64,000 nucleotides of DNA, taken from positions 352,160,001 through 352,224,000 of the forward strand of contig OZ024740.1 of assembly GCA_964016885.1 (NCBI GenBank), written 5' to 3'. This stretch comes from Eledone cirrhosa. Lineage: Eukaryota. Within the stretch, counting starts at the first letter, position 1. Each line of letters begins with the position of its first letter. A program made the translations under genes and the position numbers. Positions 12,614-28,132 of the stretch are shown in pieces. The notes under the pieces are model-generated. The model had not been told where the DNA came from. It did not search any database and saw only the letters and a program-made list of their open reading frames with translations.

Positions 12614-14554
12614 CTCTACTATAATGCTCCAGTGACCAATGAATGATTGTATCCCAAGTGTAGTTTTCTTTCAAATACTTCTAGATGACAAGTAGCATGA
12701 GAGCAAGTTACTGTGTCAGTAGGGATGAAATATTACCAAACAAACCGAATTAATAAAACCATTTCAAACACTGAAAACAATAACAAGAGTAGTAGATAAA
12801 TAGCATATTTCACACAGACACACACCAACAGATGAGTTTACCTGAGGTTCTGGCCCTAACAGTCCAAAAGTATCTCCTTTTCTCTTTTTGGGAGCCCTCA
12901 CCTGAAACTAGAGGATCCAACAGAGTCACAAAGTATAAAAACTGCTTTTATCAAAGAAAAAAAAAACGAAAAAACTTTAGATTATATTTTTTGGGGCGTT
13001 TTCAGGTAACTTTCTCAGATTTGTGTTATGGAACCAACGATTAACAATAGAAACAATGTACATGATATTTCAACTCTAAGGTTAAATTTCTCAACAACTC
13101 TCCTCTAAATGCTAACTTTTATTTCAAAAATAACTGCCAGTGAATGTGTGCATGAGTGAGTGTGAGTATGAGTGAGTGCATCAAGTTTATACATCTATTA
13201 TCTTTCTTTTGAGTAGAACTGATGAATATTATTTTCTCATGCAGAGCCTAGGGTTAGGCACCAATAAATACAGCAAAAGATCAGGGTTTTAAAAATTCAT
13301 GGTAGGAATATAATTGAACTTAATAACCTTGCATATAGAAAAAAAATCTTTTGGGAATGAACCCTCTAATCAGAAAAACAGGTTTGACTAATCTTGCCGT
13401 ACATGTTACATAATCAACCAGAAAGGAGATAATCTCCAAATTTTAAGCAACAAGTGAAAAAATAAAAGGATCCATTTTTGAAATGCACTGCATTAATTAT
13501 TAAGATTATATAATCAACATTGTCACTAATTATTCTTTTCCATGAGTTATACAATTTCCTTTTACTGATTTAGTGATGGGGTATTGATAGCAGAGACAGA
13601 TAGAAGATGGAGGGGAAGAGTGTAGGGGGCAAAAGTATAGAAAGGATACGGTGAGGGTATAGGTGGGAAGAAGTAAGGGAAAGGGGTGGTAGAAAGAAGA
13701 GCAGAGACTTGATCCAAGCTAGTTAATTCGATTAATCTTTAGGAGGCTGAATTTTCTTTTTAAAGAATTGCTTCCCTTGACACTGTATTATGTATTAAGG
13801 GGAGATTAGTCTATTGGCAAATTATGTTGCCGACAGTGCCAAGAGGATTAATGGCAGACAAGGGCCAAGTAGTGGTGTTAAACCAGGCAACAGTTTAAGT
13901 TTACCATACTAATAGGCTGCAGCAGGATCTGAAGTCAGAATGCAAATAACTAAAACAAGTACCACAAGCAATCTCATGTGACACTCTCACAATTCCACTT
14001 ACACACTACCCTCAACCATTGCTTTATTTTATTGACTCTGAAAGGATGAAAGGCAAAGTTGACCTCAACAAGATTTGAACTCAGAGCATAGAGAGCTAGA
14101 ACAAATACTGCAAGTTATTTTTTCTCCTCTAACATTTCTGTTGAATCACCAACTTGCTGAATAAGTGTAATATACATCAATATTTTGAAATTTGGAAGCA
14201 ATGGCTCTTATGTACCATTTAATACAATTAGGTAGAACAATTAAATTTGACTCACAAAAAATAAGTGGCAGATTTTATAAAGAGATAAACTGTAAGAGAG
14301 TAAATCAATATGGAACTGGTGTACAAAGAGAAATAAATTACATACATACACACACAGCCACACATTCATTTTTAAACGTAACCAATTTTTATACTTAAAA
14401 TAAAAGTTTTTTCTTATAAATGGTAAAAAAAAATTAGAATGATTTATTTCATTATCAGCTCAGACTGACAGTAGAATATTGGATTAAAAACTTCAAGGTT
14501 TGCTGCTTCAATGCTTTGATTTCAAAAAGCAAAGGTAATGTTATCATTGTTTAA

Positions 14555-14761
14555 CACTTTAGCATTTACATTACTCTATAGTTTCTATTGTATTTTCACG
14601 GTAAAGGCTTTACCTCATAATTATCTCACATAATATCGAATCTATGAGACTGATATTATTTATGTTGAGAACAATACCTTGACATCAGTGTGAGTAGCCG
14701 GTTTGAACAGAAAGAGGTGAGAGAATTCTAGCCAGATACAGCCGGTTTAAATGCTAAAGAG
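14555..14761. mobile_element. piggyBac-like MITE, family 1 (second copy)
   Basis: TTAA on both sides; near-colinear with 173-376; inserted in the tail of an RTE-related SINE. Confidence 0.8.
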
Positions 14762-15769
14762 TTAACGTTCATTTTCCCTGCTAGCAAGGATTGGACAGGT
14801 CATCAACAGACCAGGTTGGTATTCAACCAGAGGTACAGATCCAACTGATGAGCTGGGTGCCTGCATCTTGCTTAAACCTGTTCCTGCTCTCTACTAAATG
14901 TTCAGATGGCCTGCAACTTGCTTATATACAATCCCACAACTACTGAGTGCATTTTGTCATGACACCAGCACAGAACCTAAATACAGATGGGAACATACAA
15001 TCACAGGCTTCCACCCAATTTCTGTCTACCAGATTCTACTCACATAGCATCAGTCAACCAGAAGCTATGGTAGATGAGCCATATGGTTGCAAAGTGAATT
15101 TCTTAGTCACACAGCAATGCCTGTTTATGTTAACCAAATTACCAAAACACACATCTATTTGTATATGCCCTACAATTTATATACATGTTATATTTATCGC
15201 ATATTGAAGTTTTTTTTTATATCTTGGTTGATATTTGATAATAACAGCTAAACTAATCTCTAGAACTAAATTGGCCAAATTTGGTCCCTCCAATTCAGAA
15301 ATGCCTCCATTATCCCTGGTATTGGGATGATATAATCAACTTCTCCCTTCCCTAAAATTATTGGCCTTGTTTTCTGTTAGAAACAATTATTAAGCTGGTG
15401 TCTGGCACACAACTTAAAGGTTCTTACATAAAATTATGGTGGAAGGTTTTTAAATAAACATATACATTTTAAAAGAGAGAGCTTTGTATCATTAAACCAG
15501 GCAGTTTATTATCAAAAGGGTTAATGAAATAACATGAAGACAAGTGATGGCATCTACAAAACTTTGCCAGCTGGTATTCCCTTCATCATAGATTTTTGTT
15601 ATATACATAGTAAGTTTGTTAAAAACCAATTTTACACTTGTTAAACCTCTTTCATCAGTTTAGTTCATGTTTTTTATGTTTTGTTTTAGTGTTGCTTTCA
15701 ATGGCTACAATGCCTTTCTTTTATCTCACACATTAAATACATGGCTGTTAATTGGAGAGAGAGTGGAAA

Positions 15770-15960
15770 TGGGTGCTGAGAGACAGAGAGAGTAGCACAG
15801 AGAGAGAGAGAGAGTAGTGAGAGTAATAGAGAGAGAGATAGTAGTAGTGAGAGAGAGTAGTAGTGAGAGAGAGTAGTCGTGAGAGAGAGAAGCACTGAGA
15901 AAGAGAGAGACTGAGAAAGAGAGAGAAAGAGAGAGACTGAGAAAGAGAGAGAAAGAAAAA
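15770..15960. repeat. GA/GTA compound microsatellite
   Basis: Seen directly. Confidence 0.85.
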
Positions 15961-18900
15961 GGTGACAGATTGATGGGGTATTGATAGCAGGGACAGATAG
16001 AAGATGCAGGGGATGAGTGTAGGGGGCATGAATATAGAAAAGGAATGTAGAAAGGGTGGAGTGAGGGTATAGGTGGGAGGGGAAAGGGTTATGTGATGGG
16101 AAGGGTGTAGGAGCTAGAGGTGGGGGAAAGGTGAGAGCATAAGAGAGAGTGTGGTGTTGAAATGAAGGATGTAAAAATCAAGGAGGGTGTGTGTATGCAA
16201 GAAAGAGGGTGTCAATGTTGAGGTGAATGAAGGGGTATGAATGAGAGGGGTACAGGTGGGGAGGGATGATTAGAGGGGAGTGTATGGATGGGATAATTGA
16301 GGGGGGTAAGAGGAAAGGGAGGCAATGAAAGTATAAAGCTGTAAAGCTGTGAGGAGAAATTGTACATTAGTACATGTGCAAGAGCACAGAGCACAGAGGA
16401 GGGATGGTATATCTAACATATGCATGTTTGCAGGTGCATACAAACATGCATATACCAAAGACAGCATATAGGTAAATAGAGAAAGGAGAGACAGAAAGGG
16501 TGAATAAAAAAAGGGTAAAGCAGGACAGACTCTGAATCTATCTCCTTCCCTCACATTCTCATTACTGATAGCAATATGTTGACAACACCTACACAAGCAG
16601 AAATATCAAAACTGCCATTACATTGCACTCCAATAGATATGAAGATGCAAACCATATTTTTGTTTCAGTTTCAACAGCCATAAGAAAAAGATACACCGCA
16701 TTAGAAACTAATAAGATCACATAGCTCATGAATCAACAAGAGAGTCTCTACATAGGTGTTCCATCTCCTAAGAATAACAGCAACATTTTCCTCAAGTAGG
16801 GAAAACCATGTTTGGGGGGGAAAAAAGAGCTAACCTGATGTTAATCAACAACACTATCTCAACACCAGTACTACTACCATCACAAGACGAAAAAATGACA
16901 TGCACACTATCGATTAATCTGCAAGAAATACCAGTCAAATCTCCCTCTTAAGGACACATTGGACAAATGTCTGAAAAAAAATGAGATGATCATAGTTAGA
17001 ATGCCTTTAATTTAAAAAGCTGATCTGAGAATAAGCAAAATGTTAGCTCATAAGAACACTTGCTTTTAATCAAGCTGAAGGAGCCTCTATGTGGTTAATC
17101 GGCTTGTTAGAACTAGCAACCAAACTTCCCTCAAATGACACTCCATCTTCAGAGGACATATTAGATAATGTAGTCCTGGATATACCCCAAAAATGACAAG
17201 ATGGTTGAAGTTAGAATGTCCGGTCAAAGGCCTTTTTTATCATGGTTGATCTGGAATCAAACAATTTGCTTTGAAGAATTATATTTTATCTTATTTTTAT
17301 TTTATTTTTTTACAAATTCAATTTTAAGATAAAGAACATTATATATAACCAGTGAAAGTCAGCAACACAAATTAGAAGTTTTGAGAAATTTAAGACATCC
17401 GAGGAGTTAATATGGAACTTGAAATATATTGAGAACACCTTGAAAGGAAGAAAGTTGTTTAACCCAGATCAATCCTCAACAAGCAGAACTGTGATCAAAA
17501 GCATTCCAGTCATGATCATCCAATCTTTTAAAGCATATATCGGTCTATATTATGTAATGTTAATTTTTTTTTTTTTTTTTTAGGATATTCATACAGGTCA
17601 CATTGCTGTGAATGTAGGCTATTGAGTACTCCTTTCATCTTGCAAGATTCAAGGCAAACTCACTGTAGGAAAAGCATAGTGAGAGAACCAATGTCTGTGA
17701 GCCAGAGCTTCAAGTGTGTCGATGAGCGACTTCATGCCAATCAATCAGGTGCTTAGTTCGGCTGTAATTGTGGATGTCAATGTGTAACAATCGAGGTCAA
17801 CTTTGCCTTTCATCCATTCCAGGTTGATAAAAGAGTGCCAGTCAAGTACTGGGTGGATTTTTCCTCTATATCTCTTTCTCGCTTCTGTTCTCTCACTCTG
17901 TCCTTCTCTGGAAGAAATCTGCTGTATTCAGACCTGGAGCGGAGATGGGCTCTGTCAGGAATTAATAAATGCCATAAAAATGCCATATGTCAATACAGTG
18001 CCCTTATGACTCCTTCGGGAGTTACTGGACTATGCATGCATGCATGTGTAACAGTAGCACTGTCTCAAATGTGAGAGCAGTACACTATTGTAGGTCTCAA
18101 CAGAGCTTTGAAAGGGGTTCTCAGTTGTTGAGGGATAATCTATTTTCTAGCTCTGCTGAGCGAAGCCATTCTTTGTAATACAGTATTTCCTAATTTAATG
18201 TAAATTTGCCAAAAATTAATGCATTTGCCAGAAAACATCTTCAATCTTGGTAAGAGATAGAATTTGTAGCAACCAAGAAGATTTTAATTGTATGCTCTTC
18301 AGGTTTAGGAAGATCACCCTCATTATAATCATTTTACATATGCTTTTCCATGCTTGCATGTTTTGAACAGATCGTTTACAGTACAGCATCCTTCCATGCA
18401 CTGAGATTGGAAAAAGTTTATTTCACTGATGCTCTTACTACCAACTATCCTGGCGCATCTGCTACATACAAATTCTATCTTTTCTAATAGTCTGCCTGCT
18501 ATCCCACTACACCTATTGATTTCTTGATATCTAATACATATTTAGAATTCAGCAATAGAAACCTAGTGCAAATAAAGTATGAGGAACAGAAATGAGTATA
18601 GCAAGCAAAATCTGAAGTGTCTTATATGGGTTGCAGTATAAATGGCAAGTAGTGTACAGTATAACAGAGAATAAGGAATTAGAAATGTTTAATAAGAGAC
18701 CATTTACTTTCTTAATATGATCAATACAACACTGAGGATCAAATGATATGGAGAACTAGGCTAGTTATGTGATAACATGGAAAATAAAAGATATGCCTGA
18801 AAATATTGAAAATGTACATATTTATATGCAGCCATTGCAATTTAGATTGCAGCTGAACAAGAAAAGTTATATAGTTGATTGGGCCATGTGTGTGTGCATG

Positions 18901-19959
18901 TATATGTGCATGTATGTGTATGTGCATGTGTACATGCATGTAGTGTAGCAAAAATATTCTAAAACAGTAAAAGAAATATCATATAAAAGCACTCAGTTCG
19001 TCCTACAGATGACCAAGATGCAACAGATTATTTGTGTTCATTGAATGACAGATTTTCATTCATTGTTTTGAAAAGAAAATATTACTATCTCTGTATTTCA
19101 TAATCAGAAATGCTGCTTTAAGTTAATACAAGAGTAAGTTTGTTTTATATAATCTAAGATGCATAATACTGACTATTAGACTTTTGCCATAATTAATCAT
19201 ACACCTTTTGTTACATAATTCCCACCTCAATATATTTTGCTTTCCCTTTCACAGTCTCATATGAAACCATATAAGCATTTTATCACTATAAATGCACTTC
19301 TTATAACAATGTATATGATGCAAATAGATGATTCATGCAAGGTAAGAAAGTACTAAAAAGTGATTGTAGATATGATCTAGTAGCTAGATTGAAACATAGA
19401 AACTGTAGCAATACAAGATAAAAATATTGATTTATAACAAACTGCAAGTTAAAAATATTGAAAATGATTCTATATTGCAGACCCATCCAACCCATGTAAA
19501 CCAAATGAAATATGTATTCTGAGTACTCAGAAAGTATCAGTTTAGAACAGAGGTTTCCAAATTGTGTGTCACTGATAATTTCTAGGTGTCATGAAATTAT
19601 TGTATGTGATGATATATAAGACTCCTGGACATATAAAACTCCTCATTTTGGCAAGGAATATGAAGAAAAACATTATACGTGTGTATAATATTGAATGAGT
19701 ATCCAATGTTACTAAATACATGTAGCTCTACTTCGGATGATATTACTTTAGCCTTTTTTTTTCTTTTATAAAAAAGAATATATAGGCCTTTTATGCTATC
19801 AAAAGAAATCAGTTTTTACAAATATTTGCCTGTGAAGTATATTTGAGATTTGACAATGAAGTAGAATTGTGTTGGCTGTTGGTGACATTGCCAAACAGTT
19901 TGTTTGCCATTCAATGTCTAGTATCTGAATGATATCATCCCAGTCCTATCACTCCTTCA

Positions 19960-21030
19960 ACTCAAGATTAACTTGTCCTAGTCAGAGGTGGTAAATGTGA
20001 GTCATGGTGGAACTCAACATGATACCATACACAGCATTTAATGCCTTCTTACTGAAGTACATCTAATGCATGGGATGGTGCTTACATTTTTATCCCTTCA
20101 ATCTCCTCAAAACCCAAACAAACTGACCTAGTGAGGATAACAAACAGATTACACTCAGTGATGCACATCCTACAGTCTTCCACCTGAGAAACTACTTTGC
20201 TCTTCCCAAACTTCTCTTTTCAATGGGCCTTGTCATTTCCATGCAGAATGACTCAACAAATTTTATACCACCATCCACCGCAGCACCTGGCTTACTGACA
20301 ATGTAAATTTTGACAACACCAGCTGGCAACAGACAAAACTCTCCATGAGGTTTGGTAACATCAGCCTCTGCTCAACATCACACCTGACACTGCCAGCCTA
20401 CCTATCATTTATAGTCTCCAGTCACACCCTCATCAACAAGGTTCTCTGCATGACATCAGATCCCAAGTCAGTTCTGGTTGTTTGGGTTGATGATGGCTTC
20501 ACAGTCACCAAGTATGCAGATTACCAATGAAACTGAGATGATATCAAATGTAATTCAACCTGTATGATGATCGAGTCTTCTATAGACCAACAGCTTTGCC
20601 TACCTCCTATCAAACAGTGGCACATGGCTCAAGTTGGTGCCCTCTTCGTCAACTAGTAACTTTCTTGATGATGAGTACACCCACTTTGGGATGACACTGC
20701 ACCTTGACCTCCATATATGAGCCACACAAATGCTGATGTAGAAGCATGGTTAATGAGTTCACACTACATCTGCTTTTTTTTTTCATGACAGTATAATCAA
20801 TTCTTTCCTTGAATGAGGTCATCAAGAGGAGCCTTGACATGCCTAGTTTTTCCCCATTATAACTGGAGCCTGCCAGCCTCAACTGTGGTATTAGTAAGCA
20901 CTCAAACAAGATAACCCTGTTCCAGTTTGAGTGGGTAGGGGAGTCATTAATCTAGAATTTCCACATGCAGCAACACGTTCTCTAGTTCCATCCTTACCAC
21001 TTCATTCTACTGGATCAGAGCTAACCAAGA
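19960..21030 (+). pseudogene. Heavily decayed CRE-clade (RLE) non-LTR retrotransposon
   Basis: SWQQTKLSMRFGNISL..LPAYLS resembles the CRE W.QA.LP..GGLG..PA.L.S block; LNEVIKRSL..LEPASL lies downstream; nucleotide similarity to the CRE pieces at 43950-46400. Confidence 0.6.
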
Positions 21031-24000
21031 ATGGCAACAATTAGGTTTGTTGAATGCAATATGCTGACAAAGAAAGAACTTTAGAATTTCCATTTTAATC
21101 TGGTACTGACAGATGATTGGTTATTAAAACAGTAACTGAATCACTCCAAGATAAAGAGTTTGACCCAGAATTACATACAGGCTGCAATATCCAGATATAA
21201 TAATCATAGGAGACATACAATTACTGTAAGCTTTGTTTTTCCATGCTGGCATAATATAAGGCAGCAAATTGACAGGATTGTTAGGGTGACAGATTAAAAT
21301 GCCTCAGTATTTGTTCCAGTTCACTATACTGAGTTTAAATCATGCCAAGATCAATTTTACCTTTCATCCTTTCAAGGTCAATAAATAAAGTACCAGTCCA
21401 GCATTGGGGCTGGTTCTTCCCCTATCACTATCAATTTCTCTCTCTGGAAGAAACCAGATGTGTTCTGACTTGGAGAGGAAAGAGCTCAACCAGGTTTAAT
21501 ATCCCCAAGACACACTGTGTATCATGACAGAGCCCCTACAACTTCAGGAATTAAGGACCAGCAGTAGCTGAAATGATATGAATTGGAAAGAACGACTGAA
21601 GAAAAATACCTCCAAAATACCTACTACATGAAAAATATGCAGCAGATGTCATGACTTATGTTTATACTGTCATTCATTTAAGTTATCTTGAAGCTTTAGT
21701 GTCTGAATGAGATGGTGCAAAAGTAGTATCAAATATGAATGTGATGCAAAATATTATAAATTTGATGTTTTATGGAATTATTTACAATTTTTTCCAGTAT
21801 TGTCATTCAAGTTAGTTGACAATCCTGTACTGAGCTGATAAAAACAATAATTAACCAAGTAAGTTCACATTATTGACATTACACATAATATTACAATGTT
21901 TCTTCATGCTCTGCCCATTTCACTAGGTATCAGTCAAATCTGTGTGTTTATCTCATTTTGAAATTGCTTTTCTCAATTTTAAACCATAAAATCTTATTTT
22001 GAACTGATATGTCCTCACTTAGAATTACAAATACTATAGTACATAACCCATTGTTTTCATCATCTTAATGTCTGCTTCCCTGGGACAGAATAAGTAATAC
22101 TTGCTTTCTTCAAAATTTCACAAAGCTATGTTTGTAGATTAGAGAGAGAGGGGAAAAAAACAAGCTGTCAGATATTGAGAGGTGGGGAGATAGACAACAC
22201 TGGTTTCTGGTATGGAGCATTCCCCACCCTCATTTTTCTCTTACATTTTTGTTTCATGAATTTTAAATAAAATTTCTAGGTTTTTGAGAAAGCATAGTGT
22301 TTGTGTGATAGACGGACAAAAAGGTTGTACAGTTATTATAATATAAATTTGCTACTAATAGAAAAGATATGTATTTTGTTTAAGAGAAATTCTTAGTAAG
22401 AAAAAATGTATTTCTCAATTGTTTTTATTATCCTAAATTCCTTGGTACAGTGGATTTGGGGGTTCATTTTCGAAGTTAAAAAAAAAACAGCATAAGTTCT
22501 GTCAAATACAGAAATATTTGGCACCAGATATACTTTTTATGTTTCTATAAATCAAGTTTATTTAAGCTGAAGTAACTTTATCATTATAACACATGGCATC
22601 AGAGAGGTGAATTTCATCTATATTTGCTTTTTTCATCAGAAAAATCTGTTCTTTATTCAGTGAAGTGTAGCACGAAGCTAAATATTTTCTTAGGCTCAGG
22701 TGCTGAAATTGCCACAAAGAATATTAGAATCTGATTTGGTGCCTTGGAATTCAGTTTCTTTTAATGCCATCATACCCTGTTTTACTATTAGAAATATACT
22801 GGTATCAATTGAACAATACTTCACTTGTGAAAACTGATCTCGAATCTAGTATAAAATTAGTTACTATTTTTTTTTACGATGAGCAGAAAAGTTTTAAGAA
22901 CCAGTTATATAAAAATCATTAATGCTATAAAAGGTCAGAATTAGATGTCTCCAGAACTGAGAAAACAGAAGCAAAAGAGATAATGTTTGTTTATCTCAAA
23001 TTGAAGCAGCTGTATATTATTAGATGGAGTAAACACCTGTCTTCCAGGTGGTAATAGTAGGATACAGCAAGGAAATAGTAAACCTCTTTCCACACAGCAG
23101 TGCATTCATCATCATCATCATTTCATTTTACGTCCGCTTTTTTCCTGCTTGCAAGGGTGGGACGGGAACTGATTCTGGCTTGATTTCTACAGCTGGATGC
23201 CCTTCCTAACACCAACCTCATTTACAGTGAGTGCTGGGTGCTTTTTTGCCGTGGCACCTCCACGACCACTTTGCAGTGGAATGATAGGGACCCCAGCCCC
23301 TATCATCTCATTTCTACAGCTGAGTAAACTGGAGCAATGTGAAATAAAGTGTCTTGCTCAAGGAAACAACATCAGCCGGTCTGAGAATTGAACTCACAAC
23401 CTTTCGATTGCAAGGCCAATTCTCTAACCACTAAGCCATGTGCCTCCATTGTGGGTGGTAATAAATTATAGACACATAGATCATAGGTTTTGGTGAGTTA
23501 TAAGACTAATATTCTTTGCAACTGCAACAGATTCCATAGTTGTAAGGTAAGATATAGTTGAATATAAGGTGGCAATGATCTATAAATAGATGTATTAACT
23601 GATCTGAGTATTTAGTACAGGGATATTAGTGTTCATGTTGAGTCTAACTGGCATACATACAAGTCAATCTCAACATCATCATCATCACTAACATCTATTT
23701 CCCATGCTTGCATTAGTTAGAAAGCTATCACGTGCTGAGACTAGATCGATCAGGTGACTAGATCTTGCTCATATGCTTTGTTTTTATGGTTGGATACCCT
23801 CCATAATACCAACCCTTTAATAACAGGCAGTGGGAGCATGGTTTCTACAGCTGGATTCATTTCCTAACACCAACCACTTTACAATGTATAGTGGAAGCAT
23901 GGTTTCTATGGCTGGATACAATTCCTAATACCAACCACTTTACTGCATGTACAGGCAGCATTTTATCATGACTCCAGCACTGCCACCATACATGGTGATG

Positions 24001-25074
24001 AATTGGCATAATCAGAGCATCAGATAAAATGTTTTGCAGTTTTTATTCTGGCTCTCTGCACAGTGATTTCAAATCTCATTGAAGTTAACTTTGCTTTTCG
24101 TCTTTTCGAGATTGATAAATAAAGTACCAGTCTAGTACTGGAGTCAATTCTCTCTCTCTCAGAGAAATTGAATATGGACAAACTTGGAGAGGCATTAGCT
24201 CTACCAGGTTTATAATGACCAAGACAGCTCCATCAGAATTTGAAGGCCCAAGACAAAGAAAGTATTAATGGTGCTATATATAACAATGTTTCAAGCATTT
24301 CCTCATGTTTTGTTAACCTTCTCATCACGATTACATCAATTCTCAACAAAAGTAACTGAAAAACAAGTTTTATTAATTTATAAATTAGATTGAGTGATAA
24401 CTGGATGGAAAGGAAAATATGGAAGGCCATTTTATGCACACATGCACCTTGGTTTTAATAAAGGTACCAAAAAGCAAAATTATTGCTTTGATAAGATCTT
24501 TAAAACAGGGAAGGGAGATCTGAATTTAATTAGTAATAAGATGGAGGTGAACAAGATGAAGAAAGAATAACAAAGTATGACAACTAAAACACAGAAGTTT
24601 TCAAAAAATAAAACAAGGGAAGAAATTCTGGGTGAAGTATTTTATTATTAGGGATCACAGCCAATGAACAATGTAAATATTAAACAAACCTAATTACATA
24701 GATAACTAAAGTAAATAAATAAAGGGCTTCCCAGTCAGTTATGATCCCTGTGGGGGCTATACATCATCTGTTTCAGCATCCCAATCCCTCTTCTCTGGCG
24801 CCCCTTGGCAACCTTTGTGGAGAGAGATAGAAACATATTTGAGAATTAGTAGCAGATGAATTAGAAGGGAGAGGGAGAGATAGCAGTAATTCTATAAATA
24901 GACTACTTAAAGAGGGATAGAAATGGAAGGGAAGAGAGGGAATGGACTTTTTATTATTGCTGTCATGGTAACATATTTTCTGACATCATATTGTAAACAG
25001 TCTATTAAGGTACAGTAGTAAAATATACAAGCTGTTTGCTTATTGTTGAAAGGAGTAATACATGCATGATGCAT

Positions 25075-25285
25075 ACACACACATACCACATTCAAATACA
25101 CACATACCACATTCAAATATACACATACCACATTCAAATACACACATACCACATTCAAATACACACATGCCACATTCAAATACACACATGCCACATTCAA
25201 ATACACACACATGCTTATATACTCAAATGCATACACACATGCCATATTCACAAATGCATGCATACACACACATGCCACATACACA

Positions 25286-25331
<46 letters not shown>

Positions 25332-25335
25332 ATAT
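25075..25335. repeat. 21-bp minisatellite (ACACATACCACATTCAAATAC, about 6 copies) followed by (TA)n
   Basis: Seen directly. Confidence 0.9.
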
Positions 25336-27299
25336 ATATATACACACACACACATTGGAAGTGATTGAGTAGTTTCTAAGTAAAATTCTATAATATTGCA
25401 GGAAAGCTCTTTGAATAAATAACAATTTGATATAAGTATTTTAATTTTACTCCATTTATTAATGTGCAATCCAAGTTCTAATAAATGTAGTGTATATATA
25501 AACATAAATTATAATCCTACTTGAACTTTTATCATCTTCCTCTCAGTATAAAGAGGGAGCTTTTACACTAATGCTAGAAACAGTAATGAAATTTCCATCA
25601 AGTCAAACTATCTCGGATACACATTTCTTTCACTTCCTAAAAAGGAAAGGAAATTTGTATCTAAGATACATATGGTATCGTCCCGTAGCTCCTGATAGAC
25701 TCGTAGGTGCGCCATATTGACAAACAACATTTCTTGGGCATTTTAAGCCTGGCAGAGCCAATCCCTTTCCGAGCCCGAGTACAACAGATTTCTTCCAGAG
25801 AAAGATAAAAATTGAGAGAGAGGAAATTAAAGAGATATAGAGGAAGAATCGACCCCAGTACTAGACCGGTACTTTTTTTTATCGACTATGAAATGATGAA
25901 AGGCAAAGTTGAGCTTGGCAAGATTTGAACTCAGAGAGAAGAGAGCCAGAACGAATACCATAAAACATTCTATTTGATATTCTAATGACTGCCAATTCAC
26001 CACTTAAGATTCATATAGACCTTCATAAAAGACAAATTGTTACATCTTGAAGGACTTTGATTATAGGTTTGCTCAATCAGGGTTGACTAGAGGTTACACA
26101 ATCTATAAATTTCACCACTCTGGAAATCTGCCCGGGCCTAAGTCTTTTAGTATAGCTCTTCTAAACACCAGCTGTATCAATCTGAAAGTTAACTAGTAGT
26201 TCTCTGATCTGGATGTAACCAGGTTCAATAAGATTGGTACATTTCAATAAGTTAATGTGTCATAAGAAGAGATATCTGGGGTTTCATTAAGGATCATTTC
26301 AAGAAATTTAAAATCTAATATTTTTCCTCCAATGAAAGGTCAAGAAGACCCTGCCCAAAACATTACAATTTTCTCCACACTTATTCTATTTTGAGAATTA
26401 TCACTCATCCACATTCTAACCTACAAATCTGGGAGGCTTCAAATCTACTTCATAATTCATTTCCATGTCTGTGCGTGTGCATGCGTATGGTCTAGAGGTA
26501 AGGGTGTTGGACTTATAATCATAATTCCTGGGCTGGGCTGCATGTTCTTGAGCAAAACATTTCATTTCACATTGCTCCAGTATATTCAACTGAAAATGAG
26601 TACCAACAATAGCTGGGGGTTTAACCCTGCGATGGACTGGTGTCCTGTCCAACTCTCAGTCACTTTATGCCACGTAACCAGGATAAGCACTGGCCTAACG
26701 AGCCTTCTGGCTTAAGACAGACTTTAGGCATGTGTGTGCACACACACACACAAACATGTCTAAGATTGTGGAATATAGACTATATTGGTATTAAGTTCAA
26801 AATCTTACTGCAGCTAATGAGTTGTGTGTCATGGGAATAAACATAACTGTTTGCCTAGCCAACAATGCATTCTTTTCCTGTTCCACAGTAGTTAAGTGGT
26901 TAACAAGAGAGAGAGGGCTATTAACTGTTGACATAATTACTCCAAAACAAAAGCAATCCCACCCTGCGAACTAAAAGTTTTATTATAACTGCGAAACAAA
27001 TGCAAATGAATACAAATACATACATGCTTCCATATATACATACACACATATAGGCATGCATCAAATTATGTAATGTTCCATAGAAGTTCAACTTCTAATT
27101 CATCATAAACCATTGTTCAAATTACCAGAAAATGACTTGCCATTCAATGACTGGCATTTATGTTTTTATGAACATATCACAGACAACATTATTGCATAAA
27201 TACAAACAGGTACACATTCCAATTGGATTTTATGTGACATAACCTTACAAATCCAACTTTAGTGTATATACATTCATAGTAGATTACTATTACACACTA

Positions 27300-27660
27300 G
27301 TTGGCACTGTAAAGTGGTAAAGCTAGTGCCATGATAAAAAGCCGACAATCCACACTGAAAGGTGGTAGTGCTGGTGCCATGACAAAAAGTACCCCATCCC
27401 CCCTGATAGGTGGTAATGCTGGTGCCATGACAAAAAGTACCCCATCCACCCTGATAGGTGGTGGTAGTGCTGGTGCCACGACAAAAATCACCCTGTCCAC
27501 CCTGAAAGATGGTAGTGCTGGTGCCATGATAAAAAGCACCCGTCCATCCTGAAAGGTGATAGTGCTAGTTCTACAACAAAAAACACCCAGTCGACCCTGA
27601 AAAGTGGTAGTACTGGAGTCTTGATAAAAAGCACCCAGTACATGCTGTAAAATGGTTGCA
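27300..27660 (+). repeat. ~48-bp minisatellite (about 7 copies), amplified subrepeat of the RTE-related SINE
   Basis: Unit about CCTGAAAGGTGGTAGTGCTGGTGCCATGACAAAAAGCACCC; the last unit runs into AAAAGCACCCAGTAC..GTAAAATGGTTG, the SINE body motif. Confidence 0.8.
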
Positions 27661-28132
27661 GTTAAGCCATAAAGTCTTTAGAAGCTCAAATACTTTAACC
27701 CTGGAAAAGTTACTGAACCTTTTACAAAGGTCTGCAATGTATTTCTTTTATATCTACAATGTCTCATTACACCTCATCCAAGATAATGAAGAAATCTCTA
27801 TGCAGCCACTCAACCTGCCAGAAATAGTAGCTAACACTCCCTCAAATTACACATATCCATCTTGAAAAAGGAGGTGCACATTGGATGATGTCTTCAAGGC
27901 ATTGTGTCTAGAAGATGGGATGATCACAACTGGAATGCCTTTCCTCATAAGTCTGCTCAATCAAGGCTGACCTGGGGCTAAACAGCAGCTCATCCAAGAA
28001 ATAACTTACTTGATAGATAACATCTTCTCAAACTAATTCTTATAACTGAACTACAGCCATATTAATTTATGTAGTCTGCCTCTTTTATCACAATAATTAC
28101 CACACCTATTAGCTTCCTTCTATCCTATAAAC

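Noticed and set aside
14845-14880. CTGATGAG hammerhead core start
   Set aside because: No stem II followed by GAAA.
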